64,000 nucleotides of DNA from an uncultured Gemmatimonadales bacterium (GCA_963730185.1 CAVSQW010000005.1:101777-165776); one strand, 5' to 3'; shown: positions 31,491 through 40,486, numbered from the stretch's first letter. Numbers and translations are program-made. Notes: a model not told the origin generated them from the sequence alone.

Positions 31491-31746
31491 GGTCTTCCCC
31501 AGCAAGGGACGCCTTACGGTACGGTCGGCTCGGCCGGCGTGCCAGCCCCGAAGATGGGATCGCTGACCCGGGCTGCCATGCCTTTCCCTTCCACCGTGCC
31601 GGCTTGACGCCCGCTTGATCCAAGGAGGCTCCCCCGCCGGCGGGAGGCGCTGAGCGTCCGAACGGGCCCGTCTGCCGACTCGTCTCCGACAGCTGTCTCC
31701 CGGGCCAGATCATCTCGCACTGGTCAGAGCGCGTCGGGTTCTCGAC

Positions 31747-31810
31747 CGGGACGATTACCGCGGGGCGACGGACCGAAGCCGGCCTACCACCGCGATATCG
31801 ACCCGACCCC
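31747..31810 (-). pseudogene. 3' remnant of duplicated phosphoribosyltransferase-hydrolase gene
   Basis: 31769-31810 aligns to 32862-32903 (GRVDIAVVGRLRS vs GRVGETVVRWLRS); stop context cgggac..ttaccgc shared with 32801-32818. Confidence 0.6.
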
Positions 31811-31816
31811 GCTCGG

Positions 31817-31981
31817 CTAGTTCGCCGAGAGCCTGAACGATGGCGTGTTGGCCTGCGACGCGGCCTCGAGGCTCTTCTTGGCCTGGAGGGCCTGGGCTTC
31901 GTCGTCCTGGGGCCCGACCAGATTGGCGCATCCGCTCATGGCCAGCGCTGCCGCCACCAAAGCCACAACTCGCTTCTTCAT
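31817..31981 (-). CDS. small lipoprotein-like peptide, copy 1 (54 aa)
   Basis: MKKRVVALVAAALAMSGCANLVGPQDD...LSAN*; lipobox-like MSGC; G-rich RBS; conserved paralogue at 34217-34321. Confidence 0.8.
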   Translation of the reverse strand: MKKRVVALVAAALAMSGCANLVGPQDDEAQALQAKKSLEAASQANTPSFRLSAN

Positions 31982-32032
31982 GGAACCCCCTCGGATTGGG
32001 TTTGGGCCGGCCCACACGGCCGCCACCTGGTT

Positions 32033-32061
32033 AGAGCGTGATCCGGGGACCGAACCCGACA
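32033..32061 (-). promoter_or_regulatory. putative ECF43-like promoter of peptide 1
   Basis: TGTCGGG-N16-CGCTCT; same motif and spacing at 34373-34401 and 34580-34608. Confidence 0.7.
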
Positions 32062-32076
32062 CCGGCCCGGCCCCGG

Positions 32077-32106
32077 TTGCGGACCCTCGGAACCGGCCCG
32101 TACCTT
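32077..32106 (+). promoter_or_regulatory. putative sigma70 promoter of ECF gene
   Basis: TTGCGG-N18-TACCTT; both hexamers retained in copy 2 (34417-34446) while the spacer diverges. Confidence 0.55.
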
Positions 32107-32128
32107 GAGCAAGCATCCAGTCGATTCC

Positions 32129-32680
32129 ATGAGCTCGGTCGCCACCCTCTTCGATCGCTCCGACGCGGGCGACTCGGCCGCCGCCGGTCAACTCTTCGCC
32201 GCGCTGTACGAAGAGCTCCACCAGCTGGCCGAGCGGCAGCTGCGTCGGGACGGCGGCGCCCTGACGCTGGGGACCACGACCCTGCTCCACGAGACCTATC
32301 TCGCCCTCGCCGACCGGGAGGCCGGTGCCTTCCCGGATCGGGCCCGCTTCCTGGGCTACGCCGCCAAGGCGATGCGGAACCTGATCATCGACTACGCCCG
32401 GGCCTGCCGAGCCTTGAAGCGGGGGGGCCAATTCGAGATCACCCAGATCGGCGCCCGGGAGTCGCCAGCCGACGCCGGGGACAGCGCCGAGCTCGAGCGA
32501 GTGGCCGACGGTCTGACTCGATTGGCAGCGGTCGACCCTCGGCTCGCCGAGCTGGTCGACCTGCACTTCTTCTGCGGCTACACCCTGGTGGAGATCGCGG
32601 CGCTCCGGGGCGTGACCGACCGGACCGTCCAGCGCGACTGGCGCAAGGCCCGAATGCTGCTCGAGGGTCTCCTCGACTAG
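32129..32680 (+). CDS. ECF sigma factor, ECF43-like (kinase-associated)
   Basis: LYEELHQLA, TLGTTTLLHETYL, AMRNLIIDYAR, LKRGG and RTVQRDWRKAR motifs. Confidence 0.92.
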   Translation: MSSVATLFDRSDAGDSAAAGQLFAALYEELHQLAERQLRRDGGALTLGTTTLLHETYLALADREAGAFPDRARFLGYAAKAMRNLIIDYARACRALKRGGQFEITQIGARESPADAGDSAELERVADGLTRLAAVDPRLAELVDLHFFCGYTLVEIAALRGVTDRTVQRDWRKARMLLEGLLD

Positions 32681-32779
32681 ATCAGATCGGGCCACCGGCG
32701 CGAGCCGGATGGCGGGCTGGCGATGATCCTTTCGCTCCGGGAATGGTGGGGACGAATGACGAGGGGCCGGCGAGGTGCC

Positions 32780-32800
32780 ATGACACCGATGGACCGAGAT
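32780..32800 (+). pseudogene. 7-codon stub of duplicated Ser/Thr kinase
   Basis: ATGACACCGATGGACCGAGAT (MTPMDRD) matches kinase start at 34637; preceded by decayed motif TGGC-N19-CGCTCC (32710-32738). Confidence 0.7.
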
Positions 32801-32811
32801 CGGGACCTGAT

Positions 32812-34245
32812 TTACCGCAGATGACGCCGAGGGTGCTTCGGCGGCAGGGTCGGCCCGAGCTCGGACCGAAGCCAGCGAACCACCGTCTCACCCACCCGGC
32901 CCAACGTCCTCGGCTCCTCGAAGACGTGCCCGGCTCCCCGAATCACCACCCGCGTGGCGCGGGAGAGGGTCCGGCCGAGGTCGCGGTTCATCGCCGCGAC
33001 CTCGCGGTCGCGCTGCCCGACGACCAGCAGGCACGGGCACCCCACCCGCGCCCGACTTCCCGCCAGGTCGATCCGGCCGCTTCGGGCCACCACAGCGGCG
33101 ATCCGACGCGGCTCGCGCGCCGCGGTCTCCAGCGCGGCCGCGGCTCCGGTGCTGGCGCCGAACAGGACGATCCGAGGGCACCCTGGAACGGCCGCGTCCT
33201 GGGCCCATTCCACCACCCGGCTCAGCCGTTCCGTGAGGAGGTCGATCTCGAAGCGATGGCAGCCCGTCTCGCCGTCGGCTTCCTGCTCCGGCTCGGTCAG
33301 GAGGTCGCCTCGCAGGGTGGCCCACCCGGCCAGGCGGAGGCGCCCGGCCAGGTATCGGTTCCGGTAGCTCCTGCGGCTGCTTCCACCGCCGTGAACCAGA
33401 ATGACCAGGCCGTTCGGGCGGCCGGTTGGGAGGCCGAGATCGCCGGCGAGCCTGCCGACATCGTCCCGGAGCACCACGGATACCGGTTGCTCACGGGGCT
33501 GGTCGGAGGCGGTCGGCCCGGCGACTGCCTCAGCCGCCACAGGGACGGCCGGTGCCCCGACACCACCCAGAGACCGAAGCACGTCCTGGTCCGACACCGG
33601 CTCGAACCGCTCATACCAGTCCGAGACGGTGCCGAACGGCTCCGGCGTGGCCGCCGCAACGACCTCGTCGAAGCAGCCCGCCACCGACTCGACCCCGGCC
33701 GGTGCAGCCACCGGCACGGCCGCGATGAGCCGCCCAGGCCGCCGCGATCGGAGCGCCGCCGCCACCGCCCGAAGCGTGGCGCCGCTCGAGAGCCCGTCAT
33801 CGACGACGATACAGGTCTTGCCGCGGAGCTCCGGCAAGGGCCGCCCGGCCCGGTAGCGTTGGAGCCGCCGGGCCAGCTCCCGTCGCTCCCCAGCCAGCAC
33901 CATCCGCTCGACGGCTCGAGGAATCCCGACGAACGACGCCACCCCGTCTCGCACCGGCCGGCGCCGCCCCTCGGCGATGGCGGCAAACGCTACCTCCTCG
34001 ATCCCGGGCACCCCCAGCTTCCGGGCCACCAGGACCTCGAGCGGCGTGCCTAACCCTCGGGCGATCGGCACCGCCACCGGCACGCCGCCGCGGGCCAGAC
34101 CGAGCACCACGACGTCCCCGCGGTTGGCCCAGCGGGCCAGTAGCCGGGCGACCGCCTCGCCGGCCGCCGCCCGATCGTCGAACAGCGCGCCGACCGGCAA
34201 GGCAGCGTCCAACCAGCTAGTTCGCCTGGAGGTGGGCTCCGTCAT
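32812..34245 (-). CDS. phosphoribosyltransferase fused to dienelactone-hydrolase-like alpha/beta hydrolase (true start possibly TTG at 34212)
   Basis: FDDRAAAG, LGLARGGVPVA and IVVDDGLSSG (PRT); HGGGSSR, GASTG and HVFEEP (hydrolase). Confidence 0.88.
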   Translation of the reverse strand: MTEPTSRRTSWLDAALPVGALFDDRAAAGEAVARLLARWANRGDVVVLGLARGGVPVAVPIARGLGTPLEVLVARKLGVPGIEEVAFAAIAEGRRRPVRDGVASFVGIPRAVERMVLAGERRELARRLQRYRAGRPLPELRGKTCIVVDDGLSSGATLRAVAAALRSRRPGRLIAAVPVAAPAGVESVAGCFDEVVAAATPEPFGTVSDWYERFEPVSDQDVLRSLGGVGAPAVPVAAEAVAGPTASDQPREQPVSVVLRDDVGRLAGDLGLPTGRPNGLVILVHGGGSSRRSYRNRYLAGRLRLAGWATLRGDLLTEPEQEADGETGCHRFEIDLLTERLSRVVEWAQDAAVPGCPRIVLFGASTGAAAALETAAREPRRIAAVVARSGRIDLAGSRARVGCPCLLVVGQRDREVAAMNRDLGRTLSRATRVVIRGAGHVFEEPRTLGRVGETVVRWLRSELGPTLPPKHPRRHLR

Positions 34246-34321
34246 CCTGGGGCCCCACCAGATTGGCGCATCCGCTCATCGCCACCACGGCCGCCACCAA
34301 CGCGGCAACCCGCTTCTTCAT
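34217..34321 (-). CDS. small lipoprotein-like peptide, copy 2 (34 aa)
   Basis: MKKRVAALVAAVVAMSGCANLVGPQDDGAHLQAN*; GGAGG RBS. Confidence 0.75.
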   Translation of the reverse strand: MKKRVAALVAAVVAMSGCANLVGPQDDGAHLQAN

Positions 34322-34372
34322 ATGACCTCCCCTGACCCGGTTGTGGCCGGCCCGCACGGACAGCACTGAGAT

Positions 34373-34401
34373 AGAGCGGAATCCCGGCCCCAAACCCGAC
34401 A
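34373..34401 (-). promoter_or_regulatory. putative ECF43-like promoter of peptide 2/PRT operon
   Basis: TGTCGGG-N16-CGCTCT. Confidence 0.7.
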
Positions 34402-34468
34402 CCGACCCGAGCCCGGTTGCGGGACCGTGGAATGGTCCCGTACCTTGAGCCAAGCAGGACCCGATGCC

Positions 34469-34550
34469 ATGAACCCGGTCGCAACGCTCTTCGATTTCTG
34501 CGGCCACCGGGTGGAAGGCGCGGATGCTGCTCGAGGGCCTCCTCGACTAG
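34469..34550 (+). pseudogene. internally deleted copy of ECF sigma gene
   Basis: MNPVATLFD (cf. MSSVATLFD) joined via ttctgcggc..ggtgga to KARMLLEGLLD*; most of the gene is missing. Confidence 0.8.
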
Positions 34551-34579
34551 GCCGGGTCGCGCGACGAGCCCGGGCCGAA

Positions 34580-34608
34580 TGTCAGGCTGGTGATGATCCT
34601 TTCGCTCT
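34580..34608 (+). promoter_or_regulatory. putative ECF43-like promoter of kinase
   Basis: TGTCAGG-N16-CGCTCT ending 29 bp before the ATG. Confidence 0.7.
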
Positions 34609-34636
34609 GGGAGTGGGAGGGAGCCGGCGAAGTGCC

Positions 34637-37447
34637 ATGACACCGATGGACCGCGATCTCTGGGCTCGCGTCGAGCCATTGCTCGGGGAGGCGATGGAGC
34701 TCGCCGCCGAAGAGCGGGAGCCGTGGCTCGCCCGGCTTCGTGAGACCGCGCCCCAATTGGCTCCCTTCGTCGAGGCGCTGCTGGAGCAGGAGTCCGGTCC
34801 TCGCGCCGCGTGGCTCGAGGGCGACGTAAGCCGGCTCCTCGGTGATCGCCCCGGTCTGGCCGGGCAGCCGATCGGCAGCTACCGGCTCGAGGCCCCGATC
34901 GGTCACGGCGGGATGGGGTCCGTCTGGCTTGCCTCCCGAAGCGACGGCCAGTTCCAGCAAGAGGTGGCGATCAAGCTGCTCAACGTCGCCCTGGTGGGCC
35001 GAGCCGACGAGCAGCGGTTCGTCCAGGAACGCCGCATCCTCGCGCTGCTCGAGAGCCCCCGCATCACCCGGCTGATCGATGGCGGCGTCACCGGCGACGG
35101 GCTGCCGTGGTTCGCCATGGAGTACGTCGACGGGGAGCCGATCGATCAGTACTGCGACACCCGCGCGCTCCCGATCCCGAAGCGGCTCGAGCTGTTCGCG
35201 GCGGTCTGCGAAGGAGTGCAGTACGCGCACCAGCGGCTGGTCGTGCACCGCGATCTCAAGCCTTCCAACATCCTGGTCGCGAAGGACGGCCAGCCCAAGG
35301 TGCTCGACTTCGGCATCGCGAAGCTGCTCGATCCGCTGGCCGGCCCGGCCGAAGGCATGACCCGCACCGGCCTCTACCTCATGACGCCGGAGTATGCCGC
35401 TCCCGAGCAGGTGCGCGGGCAACCGATCAGCGCCGCCACCGACATCTACGCGCTCGGCGTATTGCTCTATCGACTGCTCGCCGGCGTCGCGCCGTACGAC
35501 GTCCGGGGCGAGACGCTGCTCGAAGTCGAGCGGGCGATTTGCGAGACGGAGCCGCCGGATCCATCGAGTACCTTCGGGACCCGGCGGGATCGGGCGCAGG
35601 TAGACTCGAAGGGTGCGCCAGGAGACGGAGTCGCGGGCGACGCTTCGACCGAGCGGGCGGTACCGGTCGTCGACCAGGCCGACCCCCGAGAGCGCGCCCG
35701 GCTCCGAAGCTCGTCACCGGAACGGCTCCAGCGCCTGCTGCGCGGTGATCTCGACCTCATCGTCCGGAAAGCGATGCGGAAGGAACCCGATCGCCGGTAC
35801 GTGTCCGCCGCCGCGCTCGGTGCCGACGTGCTGAACTTCCTCGAAGGCCGGCCGGTGATCGCCCGGCCCGACAGTGCCGGGTACCGGTTCCGTAAGTTCG
35901 TGCGACGCAACCGGGTCGCGGTGACGGCGGCATCGACGACCCTGCTGGCACTGATCGCCGCGACCGCCTTCTCGACCGCAAAGATGCGCGAAGCCCGACA
36001 GCAGCGCGACGCCGCGCGGCAGGACGCGCGACGGGCGCAGGCGACCGCTGAAGTGCAGTCGGTCGTCCTGAGCGATGCGCGTGGACCGGGGGGACGCCTG
36101 CTTACGGCCGTCGAGCAGATCGAGCTGGCGGAGCGGATGATCCTTCGCAAGTACGGCCCGGAGCCGTGGCTCGCGAGCGACCTTCTCGCCGGTCTTTCGG
36201 AGCGGTTGTACGACCTCAGTGAACGGGAGAAACAGCGAGCGATGCTCGGCCTGGCCAGCCGACTTGCCCTCGACGCCGATCTGCCGTCACAGCTGGCCCG
36301 CGCCGATTGCGATCGGGCGTACAGCTTCGTTTACGACGAGATGTTCGACTCGGCGCAGGTGGCGCTCGCCGAGGCCACGAGTGCGCTAGGCCGGGCTCGG
36401 CCACCGCTTCCGGAGGCCAGGACTGTTTGTCTCGAGGCGGAAGGCGCGCTCCTCCTGGCCCAAGGGCAGCCGGATTCCGGGCTGGTCGCTCTGCGCCGTG
36501 GGGCCGCGATTGCCCAATCCACCCCCGGTCAACCCCGGTACCTCTCGATCCTCAACGACATGGCCGGGGCGTTGCGCGCGCTCGGGCACACCCGCGATGG
36601 CGCCGGCTACCAGCGCCAGATTCTCGCCGAGCTGGATTCGACAGGCTTCGCGGGGACCGAGATCCTGGCCAACGTCGCGACCTTCCTCGTTTCATCGCTC
36701 AACGAGCTGGGCGAGCTGACAGTGATCGACTCCGTGTCGCGCGCGCTCGTGAGAGAACGTCGCGACCTGTTCGGCACCGATGGCGGGGGCAGCTCGGTCG
36801 CGTTCCTGTATGGGTTCGGCAAGTTGCGGCTGGGGCAGCTCGATTCCGCGGACGTTTGGCTCGGCCGCGCGCGCCAGGATACGACCGAAGGATACGGCAT
36901 CAGCGACCTCCTTCCGCCGTTCCTCACCCAGCTCCGGCTCGAGCAGCACCGCCCCATCGAGGCCAGAAGCGCCTTCGCGGGCCTTCCCACCGGCACGCTG
37001 GGACGCCGCGTCAATTCGGCCTGGCTCGGCGCCTGGCTCCGACGCGAGGAAGGTGATCGTCTCGCGGCCCGCGCCCTCGAGGACAGCCTTCGCGTGCTGT
37101 CCGCCGAAGGCCTCAAGCCGGTGCTGGCCCTGCCGCTGCTCAGCGTCGCGGAATGGCGCTTGGCCGGGGGCGAGTTCGGAGCGGCGGACTCCCTGGCGGG
37201 GCTCGCGCGGACCGCCGCCGCCGTCGACTCGATCGCCCTGTCGCAGAGCGCGTGGGTCGGCCGGGCCGAGCTGATCCGAGCCCGCGCCCGGGCCGCCCTG
37301 GGCGAGGGACCGGGCGCTCGGGAGGCGGCGAGCCACGCCGTCATCGCCATCGACCACGCGTTCGGCACCCGAAGTGCGCTCGCCGCCGAAGCGCACGCGC
37401 TGCGCGACTCGCTCACCCGCGTCGGAGTGCGCCCACCCTCCGACTGA
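34637..37447 (+). CDS. Hanks-type Ser/Thr kinase with hydrophobic segment and TPR-like helical C-terminus
   Basis: GHGGMGSV, VAIK, HRDLKPSNIL, DFG, TPEYAAPE and DIYALG; AVTAASTTLLALIAATAFS segment; Ala/Leu-rich helical repeats. Confidence 0.93.
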   Translation: MTPMDRDLWARVEPLLGEAMELAAEEREPWLARLRETAPQLAPFVEALLEQESGPRAAWLEGDVSRLLGDRPGLAGQPIGSYRLEAPIGHGGMGSVWLASRSDGQFQQEVAIKLLNVALVGRADEQRFVQERRILALLESPRITRLIDGGVTGDGLPWFAMEYVDGEPIDQYCDTRALPIPKRLELFAAVCEGVQYAHQRLVVHRDLKPSNILVAKDGQPKVLDFGIAKLLDPLAGPAEGMTRTGLYLMTPEYAAPEQVRGQPISAATDIYALGVLLYRLLAGVAPYDVRGETLLEVERAICETEPPDPSSTFGTRRDRAQVDSKGAPGDGVAGDASTERAVPVVDQADPRERARLRSSSPERLQRLLRGDLDLIVRKAMRKEPDRRYVSAAALGADVLNFLEGRPVIARPDSAGYRFRKFVRRNRVAVTAASTTLLALIAATAFSTAKMREARQQRDAARQDARRAQATAEVQSVVLSDARGPGGRLLTAVEQIELAERMILRKYGPEPWLASDLLAGLSERLYDLSEREKQRAMLGLASRLALDADLPSQLARADCDRAYSFVYDEMFDSAQVALAEATSALGRARPPLPEARTVCLEAEGALLLAQGQPDSGLVALRRGAAIAQSTPGQPRYLSILNDMAGALRALGHTRDGAGYQRQILAELDSTGFAGTEILANVATFLVSSLNELGELTVIDSVSRALVRERRDLFGTDGGGSSVAFLYGFGKLRLGQLDSADVWLGRARQDTTEGYGISDLLPPFLTQLRLEQHRPIEARSAFAGLPTGTLGRRVNSAWLGAWLRREEGDRLAARALEDSLRVLSAEGLKPVLALPLLSVAEWRLAGGEFGAADSLAGLARTAAAVDSIALSQSAWVGRAELIRARARAALGEGPGAREAASHAVIAIDHAFGTRSALAAEAHALRDSLTRVGVRPPSD

Positions 37448-37459
37448 ACGCCTGGTGGC

Positions 37460-38053
37460 TCACAAGCCGGTCGTCGCGGACGAGTCGGATACCTCCCGCT
37501 CGAGGCGAGCCAGCCCGGCGAGCTCGCGAGTGGCCCGGCGGTGGGACACCACGGCCCACGTCATTGCCGCAGCCGTCACGGCCGCCGCCGCCACCCAGAC
37601 CGCGCCCGACCGCCCCGCGCCCGTCCCGGGCCAGCGCGCGAACGCCGCGAGCGCGGCGACCTCCGCCCCGACCAGCCCTAGGGTGAACCACGCCGCCTCC
37701 CGCCGCCGGACCAGGCGCTTCCGGAGGAGCGCGAGATAGGCCGCTGGCGTGGCGCCGAGGGGCCGCCAGATCCGGCGCCGGTTCCAGAGGGTGAAGAGCC
37801 AGACCACCAGGGTGTGGGCGGCGGCCGCGATCGCCCAGCCGGTGGCCAGCACGCCGGGGCGGGCGGCGAGCAGCACCACCGGCACCATCACCGCAATCGT
37901 CAATCCGATCTCGAGGAGCAGCGTGAGCCGCAACCGGGCGGAATCGCGGTCGACCCGCTCCCGCACCGACCGGAGGTCGATCGGCGGCGCGCCCGCACCG
38001 CTCTGCCAGAGTCCGGCCCACTCGGTCCAGATCGCGTCGTCGCCGTTTGTCAT
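37460..38053 (-). CDS. membrane protein, putative anti-sigma factor
   Basis: W..LWQS N-terminus, about four hydrophobic segments, ATGA-coupled to the upstream ECF. Confidence 0.65.
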   Translation of the reverse strand: MTNGDDAIWTEWAGLWQSGAGAPPIDLRSVRERVDRDSARLRLTLLLEIGLTIAVMVPVVLLAARPGVLATGWAIAAAAHTLVVWLFTLWNRRRIWRPLGATPAAYLALLRKRLVRRREAAWFTLGLVGAEVAALAAFARWPGTGAGRSGAVWVAAAAVTAAAMTWAVVSHRRATRELAGLARLEREVSDSSATTGL

Positions 38054-38544
38054 CCGTCCTCCCGAAGCAACTCCCGGAGCGCCTGCCGCGCCCGCGTGAG
38101 TCGCACCGCCACGTTGTTCTCGGTGAGCCCCAAGATCTCGGCGATCTCCCGGGTGGTGAGCCCCTCGAGGCTGAGCGTCACCACCTGGCGCTGCCCCAGG
38201 CTGAGACACTGCACGGCGCGGTGGAGCCGCTCCCGGTCCAGGGCGGCGGTCGTCTGGGAGTCGGGACCGGGCGACCGATCCCGGACCTCGGGGTCGAGCT
38301 GGGTCGTCTCCCGGCGGCGGAGCCGGTGGGTCAGGCCCCGGTTGTGGCCGATCCGGAAGGCCCAAGTCCGCTCGGTCGACTCTCCCCGGAACGACGGCAG
38401 CGCCCGCCAGATGGCGAAGCAGATGTCCTGGAACAGGTCCTCGGCGTCGTGGGCGTCGGCGCCGTAGGCGGACGCCAGACGCCGGAGCGCGGCACCATGC
38501 TCCGCGAGGATCCGCTCGAACCGCGCCTCGGCCGGCTGGTCCAT
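38050..38544 (-). CDS. ECF RNA polymerase sigma factor
   Basis: DAEDLFQDI, SFRGES, WAFRIGHN and EIAEILGLTENNVAVRLTRAR motifs. Confidence 0.93.
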   Translation of the reverse strand: MDQPAEARFERILAEHGAALRRLASAYGADAHDAEDLFQDICFAIWRALPSFRGESTERTWAFRIGHNRGLTHRLRRRETTQLDPEVRDRSPGPDSQTTAALDRERLHRAVQCLSLGQRQVVTLSLEGLTTREIAEILGLTENNVAVRLTRARQALRELLREDG

Positions 38545-38556
38545 CGTCCTCCGTCT

Positions 38557-39981
38557 CTATCGCGGGGCCGCCGTCCGAACTCGGGCCGGCAGGAACGCCG
38601 CCGGCTCGAGGACCCGCCCCGCCTGGATCACCAGGCCGATCCGCCGGGTGTTGCCGATAGCCGCCACCGGATCGGCGTCGAGCAGCACGAGATCGGCCAC
38701 CTTGCCCCGGGCAATGGTCCCGACCAGCCCCTCGATACCCAACGACCGGGCCCCGTTCCGGGTGGCGATCCGGAGCACCTCGAGCGGCGGAATCCCGGCA
38801 GACACCAGGAGCTCGAGCTCGCGGTGGAAGCTCTCGCCGGGAACGGTCCAGGGGTTCCCCATGTCGGTCCCCGCGGTGAGGGGCACGCCCGAATCGTAGA
38901 GGAGCTTGGCGAAGGCCAGAACCCGAGGCCAGACCCGCTGGGCCTCGGCGAAGTCCTCGGGCTTCCACCCCGCCGTCAGGTCGAAATGTCGCCATCCCTC
39001 CCGCCAGCTCGGCGGCGCCAGCCGGAGCGAGGGCGCCTCGCGGATCCGGGCCGAGTCGCCCCAGGCAATCGCCTCGAAGGTCACCAGGGTGGGGTCGATG
39101 AAGACCTGGTGGGCCACGAGGGCGGCCAGCATTCGCCGGATCTCGGGCCCGTCGAAGTCGACGTAGCCGAACCACTCCAGCATGAACTGGGTCCCCCGGA
39201 ATCGGCTCAGGTACGCCCGCCGGGCGCTGTCGGCAAGGAGCCCGGGGTTCCCTGGGGCAATATGGACGATGCCATCGATCCCGGCGTCCGCCGCATCGGT
39301 CCACGAGGTGGCGAAGAGGTGGGCGATGGCGCGGATGCCGCGGCGATGGGCCTCGTCGATTCCGGCCCGGACCAGCGCGGGGGGCAGCGACGCATAGAGC
39401 TTGACGTAGTCGACCCCCTGCGCCGCCTGCCGCGCCACCTCGGCCCGAACCTCGGCCTCGGTGTGGACGCTCACCGTGAGTCCGGGCGCGTCGACCGCGT
39501 CGATCACGTCACCCGCCGTGAAGATCCGGGGCCCCGGCTCGAGACCGAGCCGGATCGAGTCGCGAATCGCCACGGCGATGGCGCCGTTTCCGCCCGGGCT
39601 CCGGATGGTGGTGATCCCGTAGGCGAGCAGGGTCCGGAGCGCCTCGCGGCTGCCGGCCGGGTCGTAGGTTGCCGTCATCATCGGAGGCGTTCGGGTCGTG
39701 TCCATGGTCACGGGCCCGATCGCGTAGTGGGCGTGCATGTCGATGAACCCGGGCACCAGAAACCGGCCGGTGCCGTCGACGACCCGGCCGCCGGGTGGCG
39801 TTCGGACTCGGGGCGCGGGGCCGACCTCGCGGATCAGGCCGTTCTCGATGAGGACGGACTGGCCCGGCTGGGGCGGGGCTCCGGTACCGTCGATCACGGT
39901 GACGTTCCGGACCAGGATCGGTTGCTGGGCCGCGACCGGTGCCGCGGCGAGCGAGAGGACCAGCGGGAGAAAGAGTCTCAT
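38557..39981 (-). CDS. secreted amidohydrolase
   Basis: PGFIDMHAH, GTD and GKVADLVLLDADP motifs; signal peptide. Confidence 0.92.
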   Translation of the reverse strand: MRLFLPLVLSLAAAPVAAQQPILVRNVTVIDGTGAPPQPGQSVLIENGLIREVGPAPRVRTPPGGRVVDGTGRFLVPGFIDMHAHYAIGPVTMDTTRTPPMMTATYDPAGSREALRTLLAYGITTIRSPGGNGAIAVAIRDSIRLGLEPGPRIFTAGDVIDAVDAPGLTVSVHTEAEVRAEVARQAAQGVDYVKLYASLPPALVRAGIDEAHRRGIRAIAHLFATSWTDAADAGIDGIVHIAPGNPGLLADSARRAYLSRFRGTQFMLEWFGYVDFDGPEIRRMLAALVAHQVFIDPTLVTFEAIAWGDSARIREAPSLRLAPPSWREGWRHFDLTAGWKPEDFAEAQRVWPRVLAFAKLLYDSGVPLTAGTDMGNPWTVPGESFHRELELLVSAGIPPLEVLRIATRNGARSLGIEGLVGTIARGKVADLVLLDADPVAAIGNTRRIGLVIQAGRVLEPAAFLPARVRTAAPR

Positions 39982-40028
39982 GTACCGGTAGTCCCGATAC
40001 CGGTCGTTTTCTTACGCGGGCAGGCGGA

Positions 40029-40451
40029 TCAGACCAAGCGGGCCAGGAAAATGGTCACCACCGTTCCGATCCAGAACGCGAAGGACCACTTGATGAGGTC
40101 GGTGCGGGTCGCGGCGAGGGCGGTGGTGAATTTGGTGTCGAGCTGGGCGAAGCGCTGCTCAAAGGTGGTCTCGACTTCGGCGAACCGCCGCTCGACCTTG
40201 GCTTCGAACCGCGCCAGTCGCTGCTCGAGCTTGGCTTCGAGCTGGGCAGTGCGCTGCTCGAGTTTCGCGTCGAGCTGGGCGATCCGCTGCTCGAGCTTCG
40301 CGTCGAACCGCGCGAAGTTGAGCTCGTTGAGCTCTCGCAGATCTCCCCGGTAGGTCAGGTCCACGGCGTTGAACCAGTCCACGAGCTCGTTTGCTACCTC
40401 GTCGCCGAGGGCCTCGTAGAACCTTCGGGACAGCTTGGCGGTAACGGGCAC
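40029..40451 (-). CDS. DUF1640/CCDC90-like membrane-anchored coiled-coil protein, long copy
   Basis: head FYEALGDEVANELVDW, six 11-residue coiled-coil units, DLIKWSFAFW anchor. Confidence 0.75.
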   Translation of the reverse strand: MPVTAKLSRRFYEALGDEVANELVDWFNAVDLTYRGDLRELNELNFARFDAKLEQRIAQLDAKLEQRTAQLEAKLEQRLARFEAKVERRFAEVETTFEQRFAQLDTKFTTALAATRTDLIKWSFAFWIGTVVTIFLARLV

Positions 40452-40486
40452 GACCGGGCTCGCGGGCTGGGGTCGGGCCTACGATA

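Noticed and set aside
31817..34321. Small peptides as RiPP precursors
   Set aside because: They have signal peptide and lipobox features, no adjacent modifying enzymes, and the radical SAM is 24 kb away
34427..34636. N-terminal extension of the kinase ORF
   Set aside because: It runs through the deleted ECF copy and the promoter motif; the duplicated stub supports ATG 34637 as the start
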